Part shown: in pieces, positions 16,069 to 23,587 of the stretch | Position numbering within the stretch: position 1 is the first letter of the stretch | How the letters are laid out: each line of letters starts with the position of its first letter | Source: Vicinamibacterales bacterium | GTDB lineage: Bacteria > Acidobacteriota > Vicinamibacteria > Vicinamibacterales > UBA8438 | Assembly (NCBI GenBank): GCA_965262925.1 | Contig: CBDHGC010000004.1 | Span: 2,385,112 to 2,449,111, forward strand | DNA: 64,000 nt | Direction: 5' to 3' | Translations under genes and position numbers: made by a program | The notes under the pieces: generated by a model | Database searches by the model: none | What the model was told of the DNA's origin: nothing | The model's input: the letters and a program-made list of their open reading frames with translations, nothing else

Positions 16069-19000
16069 CTACCACTGCACGGTGGCGCGCCCGAGCACGC
16101 GCTGGTCGGTGCTTCCGCCCTGCTCCTGCATTTGGAACAGCGGGCTCTCGCGCCGTTCGGCGTCTACGCCGAGCTGCAGGTTCAGCTTGCCCTGCTCGAG
16201 CACCTGCATGCCGTAGCCGATCCGGTAGTCGCGGCCGTACTCGGATGTGCGGACGCCGGCCCGCGGCGTCCCGACGAATCTGCTGCCGATCGGCATCCCG
16301 TAGCCGACTTCAGTGTCGAGACGCTGGCCACCGCCGTTCATCAAGGGGTCGTTGCCCATGCCGGCCATGCTCTTGCGGCCCCACAGCGCTTCGGCGCCGC
16401 TCATTGCGTCGCCGCCCCAGGCGGGGGAGACGCGTGCCGTGAAGCCGAGCGGCGTGCTCGGCGTCGGGTTGTAGCTGACCGAGATTGACATCCCGCTCTC
16501 GGCGAATCCTTCGGCCTGGTGGACGAGGAGTCTCCGCACGCGGATGTCGACCGCAAGCCCCGTCACGCCGTCGGCGAGTACGAGGCCGGCCCCGAGGTCC
16601 ATGCCGCGCCCGGTTTCGGCGTCACCGCCGTCCTGGCGGATGCCGATCTCGATGCTCGGCGTCAGCGCCATCCGGCTGGCGATCGTCATGCTCTGCGAGC
16701 CCTCGAGCGCGGTGCGCAGCCGGCTCACCGCCGCGGTGGTCGAGTCGAGGTTGCCGCCCGGCCCGCTTACGGCCTTCGTTCGCATTCCGACCCATAGCGT
16801 GTCCGCCTTGAACGCGAGGCCGAAGCCTTTGCCGCCGCCGAGGATCTGGCCGCGGCCGCCCCCGGCCGCCATCGCCATCGACAGCCCGGTCTCGATCGGT
16901 GCTCCAGCGCCCGGGTTGAGCATCAGGCCGCCAGCGCCGTAGCCGGCGACGGTCCAGACGGTGACCCGCTCGCTGGCCTTGTATCCGATCCAGGGGTAAA
17001 GGCCGGTCACCGCCGAGTTGACCTGTCCGCTGTCGACGCCGGCGTACCTTCCGAGCCCCCGGCTGTGGGACAGTGACACGCCGGTGACCATCCGGCCCTT
17101 GGCGTAGTCGGCGCCGAACATCGAGGTCCGGACGTCGCCGTTGAGCGCGAGGGCGCCGTCCTGGCCGTAGAAGCTGGACTGTGCGCTGCGGCTCCAGAAG
17201 GAGAGGATCCCGCCGCTCGACGTCGCGCGGTTGAGCGCGAAGCTCGAGCCCTGCAGCAGGCGGTCGCCGCCGAGGCCCATCCCCATCCCGTGGTTGTAGG
17301 ATTCGCTTGGGTGCAACCCCTGCATGCTCGCGCTCGGGTTCATCGCGTCGCCGATGCCGTTCTGCGATCCGAGGCTCGATGTCATGCCGCTGTTGCCGAA
17401 CCGCGGGTCGTTCCCTCCTGCGGCCGTCATCTGCCGGCCCGGTTGGCCCTGCTGCTGCCCGTATCCACCGCCGAGCTGCTGCAGGAAGTCGAGCGCGAAC
17501 TGCTGCCCCATGTCGCTGTTGATCTCCCGGCCGGCGACCCGGCCGTCGAATCCTGGTGCTCGGGGCGCGTTCACGCGCTCCTCGACCTGCTCGACGATGT
17601 GCACCGCCGCGGTGCGGCCGAACCGGGCGATCAGCGCGCTGGGCAACGCGTCGTGGTTCGTGATGGTCCCGGTGGCGCTCGAGTTGGTCAGGTCGCCGCT
17701 TGAGGCGTTCGACAGCGTGAGCGTGAACGCTTCGCTGCCCTCGTTGTGTTCGTCGTCGAGTACGGCTACCTCGATGGTTGCCGATGAGCTTCCCGCGTCG
17801 ATCGTCAGCGTGTCGCTGGTCGACGTGTAGTCAGCGCCAGCCGTCGCGGTTCCGTCGCTTGTTGCGTAGTCGACCGTTATCTGGCTGCTGGCCGCGCGGC
17901 TGAGCGCGACTGCGAACACCAGCACCGCGTTGGCGCCCTCTTCCACCTCGGCGTCGGTAATCGAGATCCCGACTGGTCCGAGGATTGTGTCCGACGTCGA
18001 GTGGCTCAGCTTGCGTCCGTCGTCCGTGCAGATGGCGCCTGAGTTGCCGCAGTTGGTCGTTTCCGGCAGCGTGATGGTGATCGCGCCGTTGTCGTCTGGA
18101 TCGACCGTCACGGTCCAGTACTGGTTGCTGCCTTGGGTCTTCCGTTCGGCCTTTCGGATGTCCGCCCCGGTCTCGTCGAACGCGTGGTCACGGATCCGTG
18201 CGTAGCCGGCGCTGACGTTCTCGCTGAAGCTCAGATCGAAGGTGAACTCGCTGCCGTTGTGCTCGGCGGGCATGTTGCTGAAGCTCGCCGTCACTGGGAC
18301 GGTCGATACGTCCGGCGGTCCGGCGACCGTGGTAGAGGGGCTGTTGCTCAGCTGTACCGGGTCCTCCTCCTTGCTGCAGATTGCGCCCGTCGTTCCGCAA
18401 TCGCGGTTGCCCGGGAGCGTGACCGTGACGGCGTCGTTTCCCGACGGCGTGACGGTGATTTCCCAGCTGTCGTTCTGCCCGTTGTTGCGGCGGGCGCGGG
18501 TCACGTCGCCGTTCGTGACCGTGAATGCGTGGTCGCGCATCGCCGCGTAGCCGATTGCGATCTCGCTGTTGAAGACGGCGTCGAAGCTGAACGCCGTGCT
18601 GCCGTCGTGCTCGGCCGGTACGTTCTCGAAGCTGCCGGTCAGGACCTCTGTGTTGAGGATGGTGCCCGTTGCGGTGTCGTCGCCCAGGTCGGCGCCAATA
18701 GCCTCGTACAGCAATACGTCGAATGTCTCGCCGCTGTCGTTCACGGTGTCGTCGATGATCGGAACGGAGATGATCTTGCTGGTCTCCCCGGGCTGGAACA
18801 CCAGGGTTCCCGCTTGGTGTTGGTAGTCCACCCCGGGTGTTGCCGATACGGTGAACAGCGTGAGGTAGTCGACGGTTATCGTCCTGCTCCAGCTTCTGCT
18901 CAGCGAGACGACGAAGTCCGCCGTCGCGTCGGTGCCCTCGGTCGCCGTGGCGTCGCTGATCGAGATCAGCACTTCGGGGTTGCTGGTCCCCTCGACCTTG

Positions 19001-19713
19001 ATCCTTGCTGCAGCGTAGGTTTCCGTGTACGCGCTGGCCGTCGTTCCGTCCGGGTGGACGAACCCTGAGTCTCCGATCGACCACCCTGCCGCCCGGCCGG
19101 CGTCTTCGTTGAGTCCGGTGTGTGCCAATATTGCCCTGGACGTTGCGGACCCTGCCCATATGTAGACCCAATACTGGGTCCCCGGGTTCAGATGAACGGG
19201 CGCGGGCCTCGGACAACAGTGATTGTTCGCCCTCGCCGTCAAGTACTTGTTGACCCCGGTCGTAGGGGGCGCGAAGTTGACTCCAGCCTTCGTCAGAACG
19301 GCGACTTGCCTGCTGTGATTGGGTAGACCGTTGTTGTCCTCATAGAGGTACACGTACACCGGATCGCCTGGGCTTGTGGTGCGTGATCCATGCTGAAAGT
19401 CGATGGAGATCGATTCCAGGATGTACCCGGTGCCGTTGGTTCCTGTCGTGAACGGCATCGCGTAGCTCTGTCCAGCCAAACTCTCGTCAATACCCGTGCG
19501 TATTTGCCCAAGGTTGCTTACCAACACGTCGGCCGTGGCCGGTGCCGCCATCCCCATGACCACGACGAACATTGCGATCGCCGTCATCAGCCTTGCGGTA
19601 CACCCTGCCTGCTGGGTGCCCGTCGGCCTCCGCTTGCCGATCCATCCGCTTCTGCGTTCCGCTCTGTCCCCGTCGCGGCTCGTGCCGCGTAGTTGGGTTT
19701 TTTCTGCTTCCAT
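16069..19713 (-). CDS. type Va autotransporter with Calx-beta passenger (paralog A, 1214 aa)
   Basis: ATG at 19713 is preceded by GGAGG. Signal-like segment LMTAIAMFVVVMGMAAPATA. Two Calx-beta-like units (…VDYxTxxGTATAGxDY…) flank two ~110-aa FENVPAEHDG modules. The C-terminal ~280 aa is a beta-barrel pattern ending RVLGRATVQW. The 1522-aa track ORF overlaps the LysR gene in another frame and is trimmed. Confidence 0.85.
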   Translation of the reverse strand: MEAEKTQLRGTSRDGDRAERRSGWIGKRRPTGTQQAGCTARLMTAIAMFVVVMGMAAPATADVLVSNLGQIRTGIDESLAGQSYAMPFTTGTNGTGYILESISIDFQHGSRTTSPGDPVYVYLYEDNNGLPNHSRQVAVLTKAGVNFAPPTTGVNKYLTARANNHCCPRPAPVHLNPGTQYWVYIWAGSATSRAILAHTGLNEDAGRAAGWSIGDSGFVHPDGTTASAYTETYAAARIKVEGTSNPEVLISISDATATEGTDATADFVVSLSRSWSRTITVDYLTLFTVSATPGVDYQHQAGTLVFQPGETSKIISVPIIDDTVNDSGETFDVLLYEAIGADLGDDTATGTILNTEVLTGSFENVPAEHDGSTAFSFDAVFNSEIAIGYAAMRDHAFTVTNGDVTRARRNNGQNDSWEITVTPSGNDAVTVTLPGNRDCGTTGAICSKEEDPVQLSNSPSTTVAGPPDVSTVPVTASFSNMPAEHNGSEFTFDLSFSENVSAGYARIRDHAFDETGADIRKAERKTQGSNQYWTVTVDPDDNGAITITLPETTNCGNSGAICTDDGRKLSHSTSDTILGPVGISITDAEVEEGANAVLVFAVALSRAASSQITVDYATSDGTATAGADYTSTSDTLTIDAGSSSATIEVAVLDDEHNEGSEAFTLTLSNASSGDLTNSSATGTITNHDALPSALIARFGRTAAVHIVEQVEERVNAPRAPGFDGRVAGREINSDMGQQFALDFLQQLGGGYGQQQGQPGRQMTAAGGNDPRFGNSGMTSSLGSQNGIGDAMNPSASMQGLHPSESYNHGMGMGLGGDRLLQGSSFALNRATSSGGILSFWSRSAQSSFYGQDGALALNGDVRTSMFGADYAKGRMVTGVSLSHSRGLGRYAGVDSGQVNSAVTGLYPWIGYKASERVTVWTVAGYGAGGLMLNPGAGAPIETGLSMAMAAGGGRGQILGGGKGFGLAFKADTLWVGMRTKAVSGPGGNLDSTTAAVSRLRTALEGSQSMTIASRMALTPSIEIGIRQDGGDAETGRGMDLGAGLVLADGVTGLAVDIRVRRLLVHQAEGFAESGMSISVSYNPTPSTPLGFTARVSPAWGGDAMSGAEALWGRKSMAGMGNDPLMNGGGQRLDTEVGYGMPIGSRFVGTPRAGVRTSEYGRDYRIGYGMQVLEQGKLNLQLGVDAERRESPLFQMQEQGGSTDQRVLGRATVQW

Positions 19714-19964
19714 GCTGTGCCTCCGTCTTGCCTCTGGTTGTTTCCACGTCTGGCGTTTGTAGCTTCGCCCCTCGTGGTTGGTTTCCTCTTTCCCGGCCCT
19801 GCGGTCGGGCTCGGTTTCGTGCTCTCTGCTGGGTCCCCCTCGTGTTTTTGGTTTCCTCCAGGTTCGGCGCCCTTTAGATGCGCCCCTCGTAGTTGCTCCT
19901 GTGTTCGACGGTCTTGTGCTCCGAAACCGTGTCGTGTCCTTTGCGCGGTGGGCGGATCGCTCCC

Positions 19965-20954
19965 TCATTCGGCTGTCTTTGCGTCGTTTTGGTCCCTGCG
20001 ATCCCCGCTTGGTCTTCTGTTTCCACTGGGCGGCATGCCGCTCGTCCTCCCGATTTGTTCCTGGGCGGATTCCCCTTTGGCTTGGTGTAGGACCCAGTCC
20101 CGGAACGCTCGCACCTGGGGTTTCCGTATGGCTGCCGGCGCCGTGACCAGCACGTACCGGGCCGGCGCGGTGACGCGGGCGTCGAACAGTGAGACCAGCG
20201 TTCCTTGCTCGAGCTCCCGGGCGATCATCAGTGAGTGGCCGAGGGCGACGCCCATCCCGTCGACCGCGGCTTGAACCATCATGCTGTAGAGCCGGAACCC
20301 CGACGCCTGCGACAGGTCCGCGTCCTTCGCGCCCTGGTGCGCGAACCAGTGCGACCAATAGGTTTTCCAGTGCAGGTCGTACAGCAGCGGCCAGCCGTGC
20401 AGGTCCGCCGGCTCCCGGGGCTGTCCCTGCACCTTCAGGAACGCCGGGCTGCACACCGGGAGCAGCGTCTCCTCGAACAGCGTCTCGACGTGCAGTGTCT
20501 CGGCGACCCGGTCGGTGAAGGCGATCCAGACGTCGAAGTCCCGCCGCTTCGGGTCGACCTCGCGGTGGTCGGTCTCGAACTCTATGGAGATGTCCGGGTG
20601 GGCGGCCCTGAAGTCGGCGAGCCGCGGCATCAGCCACTTCTCGGCCACGACCTCGACCGCGACGAGTTTCAGATGCGTCGCGTTGGCGTGCTCGCGGTGC
20701 CGTTTGGTCGCGGTGCTCAGCTCCGCAAAGATCCGTTGGATCTCCCCGGCGTACTCTCGGCCGCGCACGTTCAGCCGCACGCCGCGGGCGTGGCGCGAGA
20801 AGAGCTGGGTGCCGATGTACGTCTCCAGCGCTTGGACGCGGTGCGAGATTGTCGCGCCCCTCACACCAAGCTCTTTTCCGGCCCGGACGAAGCTGTCGTG
20901 TCGGGCGGCCGCCTCGAAGGCACGTATGGATTCAAGGGGAGGCAGGTCGGGCAT
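19965..20954 (-). CDS. LysR-family transcriptional regulator (copy 1)
   Basis: ATG at 20954 (MPDLPPLESIRAFEAAARHDSFVRAGKELGVRGATISHRVQALE…) is the classic LysR wHTH, followed by a substrate-binding domain. It sits directly upstream of and co-directional with autotransporter A. Confidence 0.85.
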   Translation of the reverse strand: MPDLPPLESIRAFEAAARHDSFVRAGKELGVRGATISHRVQALETYIGTQLFSRHARGVRLNVRGREYAGEIQRIFAELSTATKRHREHANATHLKLVAVEVVAEKWLMPRLADFRAAHPDISIEFETDHREVDPKRRDFDVWIAFTDRVAETLHVETLFEETLLPVCSPAFLKVQGQPREPADLHGWPLLYDLHWKTYWSHWFAHQGAKDADLSQASGFRLYSMMVQAAVDGMGVALGHSLMIARELEQGTLVSLFDARVTAPARYVLVTAPAAIRKPQVRAFRDWVLHQAKGESAQEQIGRTSGMPPSGNRRPSGDRRDQNDAKTAE

Positions 20955-21391
20955 CCGTTCTCCTCGCTGAACAGCGTTGTCGGGTTCCGGCCGTGAGGGG
21001 TGGCGCCGCTGGCGCCAGACGCTTGGCGGTTCTCGGACGTGTTTCTGCTGACATGCCGCCGAACGTGTGCGTGCCGCTGGCAGGCCATCGTGAACGTCTG
21101 AAGCTGTGGGGGCATTATCCGAGTGACCCGCGTCCTCTCGCAACCACATATTCTCGTAGTCTCAGACCACAAACGTTCGTGGGCTGCTGCGTTCTACTTG
21201 TTACTTCGAAGCTAATCTCGTCTCGGGATCGGGCACACCGGGAGCTTCCTGCTGCGCTGAGTTCGTTGGGTCCGACGAAGTGGTGGCAGGCGAGTTTCGA
21301 CTTCCGCCTGCGTTGGTCCGGGCGTTCTCGCGCGGGCGCGTCGGCGCTGCTGGTCTGTTTAGGCGTTCAGGCGTCGCCCGCGTTCGAGCAC

Positions 21392-21853
21392 TCAGGTCAG
21401 GCTCGCCGGCACGTAGTCGGTGTGCTCGACGGACACGTTGAACTGGCGCTCGCTCGGCGCTTTGCCAGCGTGGATGTGCCCGTGGACGTTGACTGCCGTC
21501 GGCGGCACTCTCTGGAGCGGCAGATGGCTCAGAGCCAGCGGCGGATCGCTGGCGTACAGGGCCGCGACGCACATCGTCTCGAAGGCGGCGTCGTGCAGCC
21601 CTTCGGTGTCGTGCTCGTGGTTGCCCAGGACCAGGATTCGCTTGCCTGGGCAGTTCCGCACGTCGAGCACCAGCCGCCGGTTGCGCCACGCGTCGGGGTG
21701 GGCGACGTTGCCCAGGCAGATGATCGTGTCGTTGGCGTGTATGCGCCGGCTCCATTCCCTTAGCAGGTGGTGGTTCATCTCCTCGATGTTCCGGAACGGG
21801 CGGTTCCAGGCCGCCACCACCGAGCGGTCCGCTAGGCGCAGGTCAGACCACAT
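21392..21853 (-). CDS. calcineurin-like metallophosphoesterase-like protein with degenerate N-terminal metal motifs
   Basis: GNHEHD and HGHIH motifs are present. Motif I reads SDLRL (expected DxH) and motif II reads LGNVAHPD (expected GDxxD). Confidence 0.55.
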   Translation of the reverse strand: MWSDLRLADRSVVAAWNRPFRNIEEMNHHLLREWSRRIHANDTIICLGNVAHPDAWRNRRLVLDVRNCPGKRILVLGNHEHDTEGLHDAAFETMCVAALYASDPPLALSHLPLQRVPPTAVNVHGHIHAGKAPSERQFNVSVEHTDYVPASLT

Positions 21854-22350
21854 CTAGGTCCGTTCCGGCGGACTCCTAATGATCGCGATCGGCCCCTCTT
21901 GCATCAGCGTCGCTAGGCGAGCTTTCTCGGACGTGTGCGTCGGCGCTGGGCCTTCCGGCTCGAGTTCGGCTTTCCCAATGTTGCGGACGGCTTCGGCGTT
22001 GGGTTGGTCTGGTCCCGGCCGTTCGGTCAACTCGAATGCCTCCCTGTCGCCTCGACCCGCCTGTTCTGCTTGCGCTGACCGCTTGTTGAGGCTCTCGAGC
22101 GCAGCGCGTTCCGACTATTTTTGGACCACACCGTGCGTGTAGAATGTGGTCGCGCGCGGCCGGACTCTTGACCGGTCGCACGATGACGGTGAAGTGCTTA
22201 GGACTTTATGCTGACTCTGTTGGATCGCTGGATGATCGACCGCAACGTGCGGGTAGCCCGCGTGGATGTTGTCTACGCATGGGCGCATCTAGCAACGGCG
22301 CAAACCCGGGTCGTCGCTCGACCGGCGCTCGAGTTCCATTGAGGAGAAAC

Positions 22351-23148
22351 ATGTCTTTGCATACACGGACCACGGCTGCCGGAGTCGGCATCGGCGTTGC
22401 CTTCATGCTCTTCGGTTGTTCCGACCCCACGGAACCTACCAGTCAACAGAGTGCACCCACGCCTTCACCGTCGGTTGTCCTGGGTGAGGTTGTGGTGGCC
22501 ACAACGATGACCACAGCGGATCTCGTGAACGAACGCGTCTGTCTCGATCAAGAAGGCGCTCACGTGCTTGAGGCGGAAGCGGCGGCTGAGAACGCGGCAA
22601 CGGGCTTTCTGACCCTTGATGATGGGAGCGCAGAAGGTGAGTACGTCACCTCAGCGATCCGGTTCGCCGGCCAGTCTCGACGGATTCGTAGCGAGCAAGT
22701 CGTGCTGCACGCCGGCGAACCGTGCTATCTGGTCAGCGCACAAACCGGAATCACGGGAGAACGTGCGACGACACGCTTAATCAGGCTTGATGCCTCACCG
22801 GAGTCCCTTCAGGGATCAGAGTCAAGTGTGGACTCGGAAGGATCCCCCGGGTTCTCACCGCACACCGAGCAGCTTTTGACGTTGTACCAGGAACTCCACT
22901 CGTTCAAGGACGATGTAACGTTCCACGAGGTGGGATTCGGCAGATGCTGTCGTTTTTACGACTGGCAGTCACGAGTTGAGGCGCTTCAGTCGCAAGCGGG
23001 GATCGAGACCCTAGCGGACGTTGGCGTCGTGCCTGGAGATCTTTTGACCCTTGGCATGGCGTATATGCGGAGCAAGGGTCGTTCGACCGAGTACACGGCC
23101 ACAATGGAACCGTATTACCAATCGGGTTTGGCCGCGCTTGCGCCCTAG
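22351..23148 (+). CDS. putative lipoprotein
   Basis: ATG at 22351 preceded by GAGGAG. Signal plus lipobox-like MSLHTRTTAAGVGIGVAFMLFGCSD. The local GC content is visibly lower than the surroundings. Confidence 0.6.
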   Translation: MSLHTRTTAAGVGIGVAFMLFGCSDPTEPTSQQSAPTPSPSVVLGEVVVATTMTTADLVNERVCLDQEGAHVLEAEAAAENAATGFLTLDDGSAEGEYVTSAIRFAGQSRRIRSEQVVLHAGEPCYLVSAQTGITGERATTRLIRLDASPESLQGSESSVDSEGSPGFSPHTEQLLTLYQELHSFKDDVTFHEVGFGRCCRFYDWQSRVEALQSQAGIETLADVGVVPGDLLTLGMAYMRSKGRSTEYTATMEPYYQSGLAALAP

Positions 23149-23375
23149 AGCGTCCCGCTACTGTGCTCACCTTGTCTCCCGAGCAACCGTGCCGGAGGCT
23201 GCGTAGAGCGTGCGAACCAGCTTGGGCACGTTGCACGCCTTCACTCCCAAGTGCTGACGTTCTGCACGATTTGGCTGTTTCCTTCGCGCCTGCGTGCGCG
23301 CTTGTTCACCCCTAGACCGTCTAGGAATGGTGGACGCGATCGCAAAGGCTTCGCACCGTTGCCCTGGTTTTGATT

Positions 23376-23540
23376 GAGGCTAAGTTCATCCAGCCGCTCG
23401 AGACGCCGCTCTACCAGTCGATCGCGACGCGGGTCGCTGCGATGCGCGACCGCGGCGACAGTGTCAGCGCGATCGCGAAGGACTTCGCGGTAGACCACCA
23501 TACGGTCGACAAGGCTCTGCGCTGGTTCCGGTCGCGGTGA
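23376..23540 (+). pseudogene. resolvase-type HTH domain fragment (copy 2)
   Basis: Near-identical to 15776-15940 at a constant offset of 7600 nt (EAKFIQPLETPLYQSIATRVAAMRDRGDSVSAIAKDFAVDHHTVDKALRWFRSR*). Confidence 0.4.
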
Positions 23541-23571
23541 CCGCGGGTTGGCTCGTTGGTGAGGCTGTCGA

Positions 23572-23587
23572 CCGCAACGCGTTGCGG
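23572..23587. repeat. REP-like palindrome copy 4
   Basis: CCGCAACGCGTTGCGG, in the same position relative to the autotransporter B stop as copy 3 is to A. Confidence 0.85.

Noticed and set aside
16069-20637. 1522-aa track ORF extending the autotransporter A upstream across the LysR gene (same for 39710-40840 at copy C)
   Set aside because: The extra ~300 codons are Arg/Pro/Gly-rich with poor codon bias and overlap the well-supported LysR gene in another frame. An internal ATG at 19713 has a GGAGG and is followed by a signal-like segment.
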